Source: Raillietiella orientalis (Eukaryota). Taken from it: a stretch of DNA of 64,000 nt. Shown here one piece after another: positions 24,111-34,103 of this stretch (position 1 is the stretch's first letter; every line of letters starts with the position of its first letter). Location: contig JAYWIR010000037.1 in NCBI GenBank assembly GCA_036172245.1, forward strand, positions 1,798,001 through 1,862,000, read 5' to 3'. Both the position numbers and the translations under genes were made by a program. Under the pieces are notes generated by a model that was not told the origin of the DNA, ran no database searches, and saw nothing but the letters and a program-made list of their open reading frames with translations.

Positions 24111-27100
24111 CAGCAATGCGCAGTCTCGCTTCTTCTCGTCGCGTCCGAGTGGCCTGTTGGAACGTCAACGGGCTGCAGGACAACGAGAAGAGGAGACTGA
24201 TTGCTAACGTCTTGCGCGACTTCAATCTGGCCTGCTGCAGGAGATTCACGCACTCTCCGAACCGCAAGCGGCCGATCTGGTAGGTCGCGCAGGCGGGACG
24301 CTCCAATGGAGGTCAGGCTCCCAGAATTCCTGCGGAGTAGGATTCCTTGTCCGGGGCAGGGTGGTGGGGGCGGTGAGGAAAGTTTGTTTCGACGAGGAAG
24401 GTCGTGTGGGCCAGCTTGTTCTCAAGTGGTCCGAATCGATCGACCTTATCGTCACGAACCTGTACGCGCCGTGCGGCTCCACGCGTCACAACGAGAAACT
24501 CGAGTTTTTCGAGAGACTGAGCGTCCGCTGGCTCAGCAACTCCGGTCCCGACGAGGCTCACCTCGTTGCCGGGGACTTTAACGTCCACGCGCTATCGGAG
24601 GAGACACACCGTCGCCGGGAGAAAAGGCTGGTGAACGAGGTGTGCGCGTCAGTGCACGCTTCGAATGCTAGCCGATGATCCTGGGACGCGTGCTTTGCCG
24701 GACCATGTGTTCCTCGACGATCACCTGCATTGTCGGGTGGGTCGAAGAGGTCCCGTGCCGTCCGAGCTTTCCGACCACTACAGGCTGAAGTTTGAGCTAC
24801 TCCCACCTGGCAAGGGCCCTCCGACGCACGTCTGGAGGCTGCCGGCCGACTGGCTGAGAAATCCGGTGGCTGCGGAGCATCTTCGCCAGCATCTCCGGGG
24901 CTTGGTCGTTCGGGAGCTCGTGGACTGGGACGATCTGAAAAGATCGGTCCGCGAGTTCTGCAGCCGGTTCCCCTTGCGCCTGCTTCCCCGTGGCTTCGGT
25001 GAAGGCGTGGCTAACAGTAGAGCGTTTCTGCAGGCCCGCCGATTCTCCTGATGTCCGGACGTCCAGCATCTTGCAGAGTACAAGACCAAGGCCGAGCGCC
25101 AGGTTTGGCAGTCAGGAGCGGCTTGTCTGTTTGACGACCAGGGCCTGGAATGCTCGAGCGCAGCCGATATTCGCCGCCTCATAAAGTGCTACTCCTCGTT
25201 GTATGCTAGGGAGCCGACGGAAGCAGTCTCTCGGAGCTGCTTCTGCCGGCGGATGCCCCTGTTATTGACAAGGAGGAATGCGCCACTTTAGACTTGCTCT
25301 TCACGGCGGAAGAAGTGTCTGCTGCCATAGCGGGCCTGAAGAGGCGAAAGGCGCCAGGTGAGGATGGTCTGCCTGCGGAGTTCTACCAGTGCTTCGCGGT
25401 GGAACTCATCTCCCTGGTGCTCAGCCTCTCGACGCTGATGCGAGAGACGTGCAATGTCCCGGCTTCGTTCCGCTCAGCAAGGGTGCGTCTCCTGCCGAAA
25501 GGCGGAGGCATGCGCCAATTAAACAACTGGCGTCCGATCACTTTGGTGAATTCGGACGTCAAGTTGTTCTCGCGCGCCTAGGCAGGATCTCAGGATCCGT
25601 GGTAAGTCCGGAGCAGTTCTACGCTGTTCCCGGACGGTCCATGGAAGCGAACCTGTTCTTCGCGCGCACGTGGCTCGAGTTACAGAGGTACTTGGCGTAC
25701 GACACCCAGCGATCAACAGCTGCGGCTGCCTCCGCTAGGCGAAGATGTATTCGACCTGAGGAAACGCCGGGTGCCTTGGCGGTAGCTTTCGATCTCCGCA
25801 AGGCGTTCGACTGCGTGAATCAGGATCTCCTTCTGGAGCTCCTGGAACGCCTCGGTCTTCCAGTGCACCTCGTGGCCTATTTGCGCGATTTCTGGCACCA
25901 CTCGCTGATCTCCATCTCTTTCAGCGGCTGCCACGTGTACGGCGTGCCGGTGCGGCGGGGTATCAGGCAGGGCAACAGTTTAAGTCCGTTGCTCTTCAGC
26001 ATCTTTGAGTTGGTGCTGGGAGCGTACAGGCTGACGCTGGACAGCCTGCCGAGCTCTTGTCTAGGTACGCCGTCTGTGGAGGCCTATGCCGATGACCTGC
26101 TTCTCCTTTCACCCATGACCACCCTGGCGTCCAGTCTCGAGGATTTCTTCGAACTGATTCGCCGGGGAACGGACATGAGCGTAAACCGGAGCAAGAGCGT
26201 GGTCGTTCCTGTTGGTGCGGCGTGGGAGGGGCAGTCCGACTGGATCCGCCTGAGGATCCCGACCGCTACGTCTTTCCGATACTTGGGCGTCCCGCTGGGG
26301 AACATCAGCCCAGTGGAAGCGTGGTCGGACTGCCTCCGGAAGGCTATGAGTGTTTTAAGCCCGTTCCACCTTGGCAGGTTCCTCCTGCCGGAGCAGGCCA
26401 CCGTATGGAACACCTTCTTTGCCCCCTCTTCCGCCCCCTGTTTTTTGTTTGTCCGTCCCCCTACTCGGCCAAGCTTTAGGCGCAAAGCCTGTTGAGGAAC
26501 GCTCTGTGAGGAACTGCGAGGTCGAGGATCCGCCTCAAAGACTTGGAGGCTCCGCGTCGGGATGCCGGCTTGGGCATCCTGACACTGGAGAGAATCGAGC
26601 TGCAGGTGCAGCTTCGAATGTTGGTCCTGTGCGCCAACCTTTGGTCTACTTCGTGGTGTGCTCCCGCGCGCCTGCTCCTGCGGGGCTGCACTGGCAGCAA
26701 TGGACTTCTATCGCTCCGGCCGCATAACGAGCGCGCCACGAGAAGCTTCGGTTTCCCCTTGAAACCGCTCTACCGGCTCCTGGCAGCCCAGGAATGGATC
26801 TCCTGCCGCCCAACGAACTTTAAAGCCTGGCGGCAGGAACCCTTGCGTGCATGGGCAAAGCAACAGGATGTTTCGCTTCTGGAACTCCGTTGCGTTCACC
26901 TCTCCCCGTACTGCACGGTGGATGAGGTCTGCAACAACCAGGAGAAGTGGACTCGCCTGGCCGTCACGCCCCTCGCCGACGCGCTGTCAGCCCTCAGGGC
27001 AAGAGTTGACAGCTGCCGACCGGCGAGATGGGAGGTCGCCTGCACCATCGCAGGAGCAACACGACCCATAGGCGGCTGGAGGACTTGCGAGCTGGCAGAC

Positions 27101-27658
27101 GCCGCCACGCCTCGCCACATCCCGAAGGGACTCCTTCGGTGGAGTGAACACTTGAGTGTGCCCCCCGAAGAACTTGTGGTCCCTCCTTCCTGTTTGAACA
27201 CTTCTGTGTTCCCCCTTTCGTGGAAGCAGGACGTCATCATGCTGGTGCATTGGGGTTTTCACTCCAGCCAGCGCACGAACCGTGTTTCCGGGGGAGTTGT
27301 CTCCCCGAACTGCAAGCGGTGCGGGGAAGTGGAAACGCTCCCGCACCTGCTCCTGGACTGCGGTGTCCTCCAAGGACTGTGGCGGAGGCTGGCCTCAGCT
27401 CTCCTGCACCAGGGAGACACCGCAAGACACCGCAAGATGCTCCACTTCTTCACGTCAGGCGGCCTGTCGTTAGGTGCTGTCATCGCAACGGTCTGTTGCA
27501 CCCGCGCCATCGACAAGGTCCACCGAGAGCTGGAGACCCAGGCGATTCGTCGACAGGCCACCGGAATAGCAGACGAGAACATGACATCGGCTGCCGAGTG
27601 GACCCATCTTCCAGAGGACGTTAGGAGCGAGATCACCGGCATCCGTAGCCGGGTCTGA
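24101..27658 (+). pseudogene. LINE ORF2: APE endonuclease + reverse transcriptase + C-terminal zinc finger, frameshifted
   Basis: APE motifs WNVNG (24158), LQEIH, NLYAP, GDFN, SDH. RT motifs KAPGEDGLPAEFY, NWRPITLVNSDVK, FDLRKAFD, GIRQGNSLSP, YADD (26085-26096), FRYLGV. C-terminal CKRCGEVETLPHLLLDC (27311). Several frameshifts. Confidence 0.95.
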
Positions 27659-30600
27659 AGGAACGGCCAAACCAAAGACCCCTGTCCCCTACCCTCCCCA
27701 TATTTTTATTTTTTATATGTGTATTTGTGGTCTCCCCCTCCCGTTCCGGACTTTTGGTGTACCGACTTGTGTGTACTTTGTCCGGAAACTCTGTTCCTGG
27801 ATAGTTTAGGAATAAGCGCCCCGACGCACCCGGGTGAGAAACAGCAGAGTGAATTGTGTTCACGAATGGCATTGGTGATGATGGCTCACGAAACGTCATT
27901 GAGTGCTCTGTGTATGGTGATTTCTGCAGGCAAGATGCTGCAATGTCATTATAAAGTAAGGAAGGTTCAAAAACATTCCAAGTTGCAGATGCTTCTGATA
28001 CCAAAAATCACTCTGGAAAGAAAAAAAGATAGGACTCTAACGCGGACAGTAGAAGAGACGTCGAAATGCCCTGACGTGAAGCCTGAGGAGGAGCGAATGC
28101 AACTTCCCGTTATACAATGTATGCCAGAATGATGATGCACAGCTTATCACAAAATGCAGACTCCGGGATATTTTTAACTAAGAGATTAAAGTGAGGAAGA
28201 AAAAATTCACTGAAAAAGAACGAAAATCTGTAATTTGGTGTCAGCACTCTTCAAGAAGTCTCATACCTTCGTCGCCTCCGAAAGAGATCTTCGAGTACGT
28301 CGGAAGCCGCTTCCATGTTTGCGTGCGTATCTTTAAAGAGTGATGCTGAGCGAAAATCCGGTATTTTGAAACTTTTCATCAGCCGTTCAAATTTGCAGCG
28401 TTAAAGCAACAAGTTCATCGATTCATCGAATCTTCCTCATGTGCTGCACGCTGCATCGTACATTCCGTCAGTGTTTCCCCTCATGGTTCTGAGTTGATCC
28501 AGGAAGGAAAGTAATTCTTGCAAGACAACCATCAAAAATAACCCTCTGTAAGTATAACACTTGTTCAGGTAGCAGGGAGCATGACCACGTGTTGCTCAGC
28601 ACAACGCCGCTTTACCCAGACCATGAAAAAAAGGCTTCTGGATTCGACTACTCACCAGAGAAGAAAGAAATGTAGATCTCCTTCTTTCCGGTTCTTCTCT
28701 CACTGAGCTCTTGCAACGAGACGGCTCCGTTCGCCTTCGAGAAATTCTGGTGTCCTCTTTTGCCAACAAATTCTCAGGAGCGAATGCTCCTCGGGACTGT
28801 ACGCTGACTGCTTGTTTCTTCCGAAGGTGCTTTCTGTGCAGCGACTTACAGCTGTCAGCATCCCTGAAACACTCCAAGGCAGCTTTGCTAGAAACTTTCG
28901 GCACACCTCGGCACCTGTCATGCTGTTCAAATTTTTTGAAAGATGCTCTCCCGTCAGTCCTTTGTTGCTTGTCTTTGGCTGTGGGGAACAAGAGAGAAAA
29001 AAACTTCAAGATAGATCGTTCAAGGACATTGGGTGCAAAGTTGGTGGGAAGCTCGCTACTTATGCAGCAGAAGAGGAACAGGTTCTTCCTGTCTTCTTCC
29101 AAGGAGGAGCAAATGCTGCAGAGCATTGTGGTAGGAGTTTGGTGATGAGGTAAGAACCTCATGAACGAGGATGTTCCCTGACTTTTTGAGATCCGAGGAG
29201 AGTTTCCTCTTTCTGCGGTTGTCTACGACATGCCCTCAAAGAAAAGCACCGATCGTTTCCTCGCCATCGGGATGAGATTTCGTAAGTGGCAGCAGTGGAA
29301 GAGGTGCACTTTCACGATGCCACTCAGCTTCTAGAATATTTCTCGCTCTCTTTCTTGTTCTTTCCTCTCCATCATCAAGGATGCGATTCCCGAATTGCAC
29401 TCCCTCCTGCGGAAATATTCAATTCTTCGTGAAGATGCAGGCGATTTTTCTCGATCTGATCTACCAACGACTATGTAGATGTGCTACCGACATCCCACGT
29501 TTCAGAGAAAGGTGGTGTCGCTCCCCACGAACTTTTCTCTGTAGTACGGAGACTGCGTTGTGCACACCTGGATATCAGGGAGATGCTGAGGAAATCCTGT
29601 AAAATGCCTTTCCTAAAGCCTCACGAATGCGCTTCGAGAGAAAGAGAGCTTTCCAACAGAGCTGGAGTAGATCCCGGACCTTCCTGCTTCTCTTAAGGCA
29701 CACACTTCTCGCTTCCCTCTCCCGAAGTCGCGGTTAGCTCCAGACTATCAGAGTTCTCAGGATCGCTTGTGAGCTCATTTTTCCGAGGAAAGCCTCCATC
29801 CCTGTCGTCCTCTCTTCTTTTTGGCAGGTATAGTGCCTATGGGATGACAAGACACGCCTCCCTTTCCCTCGGGCCTCTGGTCATGCACTGGTGTAGACGC
29901 CAGGTCTTCCCTGGAAGCAAATCTCGGAAGTCTGCACGGAAGCCTCTAGGCGACCGGAGAGTTGACTTTGCTGGATCTCCTGAGAATCCACACCAACAGA
30001 TTGAAGTCTCCGTCTTCGGATCTCGGCACCGGGTCAGCATGCAGTCAAGGTTGCAAAGCCAAACCGTTCCTCAAGGACGCTGCTTCCCGCGTCCTCTCCG
30101 TGACCTCTTGAATGATCTCCAGGGAGAAAAGTTGGGATTGTGGGTGGGGGCGAAACCAGTGTCATTACGAGCTAAGGATGGAACAAGTCCGTGGACTTTC
30201 CTCCTCAACGGTCAGGCCGTCAGCCCTGAAGTTTTCGAACTTTCAGAGAGTGCCGCTTGGAGGCGTGTGCAGCCTCTTTCGGTCTTTGCTTGCCTCGCAT
30301 TCGTTTGCTCCTTCAGGTGCTAAACGCTTGTACCTCGGAAGCCAGCAGGGAAAGTTCTCTCGATTAGGCCGAGGATCTTGACCGATCTCCTTCCAAAGCA
30401 TCTGCAGATCGAGAAGCTTCTCTTCCTGCCTGCTCTGATTTTCATGCTCATTGCCTAAGACGGACGAATGGCTATAGGGGGTCAAGGACTCTGCATTTTC
30501 GCCACAAGGGACGCTACCCTCACGCGGAGTCTCTTCGCTGATCCCGCAACCAGTCTGATACAATTGTGGCCATACGAAGACACTGCTGTCGCTGTCAAGA

Positions 30601-31767
30601 AAGAATGTAAGTGGCAGTTATCTAGCAACCAGCGCATGGTTGGAAGCATTCTTCTCGTTCTCACCTCTGCCATTTCGTGCAGGAAAGAAGGAAGAAAGAG
30701 AGGAACTCCTGCCAGAACGCTCTTGCAATGGACGAAGTCGAGTGACTCCTACACGGCTCATCAGGGGGCATTGGAGTGGATTCCCCGAGGAGAAACTCCC
30801 TCACAGGATCGCTTCCTGGGCCGAAAGTGAGGTGGCTGCGCAACAGCTGGGTTTGGAGACCGACCCCAGGTTGTATCTGGGGTGAACGACCACAGCCTGC
30901 TAATCCTTGAGGTGGCTAAGGCCCAATGAAGGCCTCCACAAAAGTGCCTGGAGGAGAACTCGGCGGTCCTTAGCGTGGATCGTTTGGTATCCCGAGCTAA
31001 GCATCCAAGTTTTCGCATCTGCCACGGGAAATCCGAAAGAAACCTCAGGATCAGCGGACATCTTTTGGCAAAGAGTTCAGAACGCCTCTCTCAATGGATC
31101 ATCATTTATTCATCGGGGATGCTGAGCAGCGAGCTGTTTCAAAAGAGAAGAGAGGATTTTTACTAGGAGCTTTCCCCGGGTAGCGTGCCTCTCGGAGAGG
31201 CTCGGATTGCGTCACGGACGAAAGAAGGCATGGAGAGCTCTCCATCTCCGGCAGGAAGCGAGGAGTCTCCTCGTGCATTCTTTGTAGAAGAACCACGTTT
31301 TTTGAGAAGGGAGCAGACGGAAGTCTAAAACATGGCTCTGTCCCTGCAACCAGGTGTGGGGTGGGATCCATGTCAAGGTCCCCCACCTCTAGGGTGGGTT
31401 GTTTTACAAGCATGCTATCGCCGACATTCCTTAGAGGATCTCGAGTTGTCACCTCTTGCTGTCCTTAACAGCCAACAGCACCTCACGTGGGATCCTATGA
31501 GCTCTGCATCGGTCCCGCGTAACCCGATGTTTGGTACTTCCCATACCTCCAGTTCTACATACCAAAAATGGACACGCTTGTAGCACTCATGGATCCTAGC
31601 TCCAGCATTGAAGAGAACCGGACCTCCCATCCATCTAAGGTTTGAGAGAATAGCTTGAGGACACTTTAGCTCCAAGGCCCTTCTAATCATTCTCTTTACC
31701 GGATGAGACTCCGTCCTCCTTCCGCTCCGACGTGAAGCAGATATCCTGAGATGAGGACGTTGGAAAT

Positions 31768-31910
31768 CAGATGATGACAATGCTACTTGCTGGTGATGGT
31801 GATGTTGACAGGCGACTTATGATTGATGATTCTGATGATGGGGATGATTTATGATAATAATGTCGGTTGCGGTGATGGTTGGTCGTGCTGATAATGATGA
31901 CGAGAAGGAT
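31768..31910 (+). repeat. Degenerate (GAT)n microsatellite inside the LINE fossil
   Basis: Run rich in GAT/GGT/AAT triplets, compositionally distinct from its flanks. Confidence 0.75.
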
Positions 31911-32339
31911 GAAACGAATGTTAGGAGGGGAACAGCTACTGGATGCTTGGATTCGTCTTTCCCTCGACAAACAGCTCTTACGGCCCAATGACGAGAAGGA
32001 CGGATGCGTTTCGTTTCGCAAGAGGAGCTTCAGTGACGCGGAGCGTCTCTTCACTGTTCTCTCAGAACAGAACGACACGACAGCTTTCAGCTCCTTCTTT
32101 CAGCTTCCCCCGCAAATTAAAACTGAGGCAGTTGTTTCCTCTAAGTCTTCAGCACCCCGTGGCACTAGAATGAGAGTCTCTAAGGACTTCTGCCGTCTGG
32201 CTTCATCCTGACAACCCAGGCATGGTTCACTATCTTTTAGAAACCTGAAAGACATTTTCTCTCATCTTGCGGCTCGGAAACGAAGCAGGAGTGACTGCCT
32301 CAGAATCAGTCTCTCCCCCCACTTTATCTCCGAAGACGA

Positions 32340-32396
32340 GAACACAATATTTCGGATTCTAAGAACATCGTTCTTAGAATCCGAAATATTGTGTTC
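32340..32396. repeat. Perfect inverted repeat, 27 bp arms, 3 nt loop
   Basis: GAACACAATATTTCGGATTCTAAGAAC-atc-GTTCTTAGAATCCGAAATATTGTGTTC. Confidence 0.97.
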
Positions 32397-34075
32397 CTTG
32401 CACCTCTCCTTCAAATATCTTGTCCTTGCATCTCTCCTTCAACTTCCTTTCTCCACGTTCCAGGTTGGAGCTCAAGAGCTCTGGAAGCAGAACTTTTTCA
32501 TCATATGGGAATGTTTGCAGTGAGAGTGAGGCGAGAGTACTGCACCCTTGGGAGAGGGACTTTGGAATGGCAAACGGAAAGGGGACAGCAGATGAACAGA
32601 AAGAACTGAACACCGAGGAGAGGGAACGGAAGGGTTTCTTGGAATATGACTCTTTGGGGATCCTCTTCATGCAACGCACAATCGTTATGCCTAAGAGCCC
32701 TTCTAACTAGCTGTTAAAATCAGTTGAGGTCACCTTTTTACCCCTTGTAGTGTGCACACGCCTGAGAATGTGGTTCCGCACAATTGCTGGAGCAGTTCTT
32801 TCTCAAGAACTCTGATGTCGCGGGCGTGGCGCACGACTGCGGCTGCTGTGGCCCGAAAAATGTATCTAACTAAGGCAGAAACTTCTACGAGTTCCCAGAG
32901 GATACAATAAGGTTTTGAGAGCATTTTTGCTTTGCTCTTCCCAGATGAAGGAAAAGTCAAGTAGCGACGCGTGGTAGGGGCTGCTTAAATCTATCCTTCT
33001 CGCTGTTAAGGAAAGCTCTTTCTCTTCCCAGACCTCTCGTCGTATGACGACGGTTTTGGCTGCTCAGGATTACTCCAACAAAGGAGGACTGTATTCCTTA
33101 GTTGCATGAGGGAGGAGAGAGTACGCAGCCGTTTAGACACAAGGAAGAAACCACCAGTCGCTGATACTAAAGACCCAATTGGTCTTCACGGAACACAGTC
33201 CTTGAAGTGGTCGCATCAGCCATCTGGGCTGTGGTCTATTCCTAAGAAGTTTTTCTGACACCCCAATCATGAAGGAGAGCTGCCACCCTTGTAGACGGCA
33301 AGTTTCTTTCCCATTTCAGGAGGAGACGAGAGCTGATGCCATGAGTGTGGAGGAGTTGTGGCTCTATTTCGTGTCCTGCATCCTTTTCTCCCGAGGGGGC
33401 TCTCCCAGGAGGATGAACTTCCGGGATGTCTCTCTCCTTGCCTCCTGCTGCCATGAGCTGAAGGCGCTAGGGCAATAGGTTTACTGGTTGTCTTTCAAGA
33501 GAAAGGCCTTGGAGGAAAACCAAGGAGTTTCGTCCTGATAAAAAAGAATGTTGAGGGAAGCAGGAGTTTCGATCCCTTCTGGTCGATGTCACACCTGGAG
33601 AACTCGAACTTAGGAAGACTTTACTACTGATTCGACAGCCCAGCGTTCAAGGCCGACTGCTGCAACTTTATCCTGCCAAGATCTGTATCTTGGTCTTGAG
33701 TCTTTTAAGCAAATCTTTGACTTCCTGTGCCTTCCAGTGCTTTCCAGGAATGGGTCAGCTTTGGTCATCTCCTCACACAGCGAAGACATACAAAAAGGGG
33801 GTCGGAGAAGGGATTCGTTCCACTCTGCAGCTTCTGTTCTCAAAAGGAACTTTCCAGGAACATATTCAGTTCCTTCCTTACCTTTCCGAAGGCAGTGGGG
33901 CTACGCTTTTTCCAAGACGGTACTTGCCCAGATAAATGTGCAACTCCCATGAGACACGAGGATAGTTGGAAGTACTTCCTATAGAAATCCTTACACACTG
34001 AATCTCCCACGGAGGTGACTGTCGACTTACTCTTGAAGAACACAGCCGCTCTCCGGCCGATCATCTGCCCGTGAC

Positions 34076-34103
34076 GACTGTCTATACGGTCGTATAGACA
34101 GTC
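34076..34103. repeat. Perfect inverted repeat, 13 bp arms, 2 nt loop
   Basis: GACTGTCTATACG-gt-CGTATAGACAGTC. Confidence 0.93.

Larger units (their letters stand above)
22187..27840 (+). mobile_element. Near full-length Tx1/L1-clade non-LTR retrotransposon (copy B)
   Basis: ORF1 with CCHC knuckles and ORF2 with APE, RT and C-terminal zinc finger. Flanked by a perfect 14 bp direct repeat ACAGCAGAGTGAAT (22173-22186 and 27841-27854). Confidence 0.95.

Noticed and set aside
23087..24253. 388 aa minus-strand ORF and other long antisense ORFs in copy B
   Set aside because: Shadow ORFs expected in GC-rich coding DNA; no recognisable domain.
21261..27854. Direct repeats A and B-3' interpreted as LTRs, or the junction words as a CRISPR array
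   Set aside because: The repeats are ORF2-coding 3' ends without TG..CA termini, PBS or integrase; the short words are irregularly spaced and no cas genes are present.
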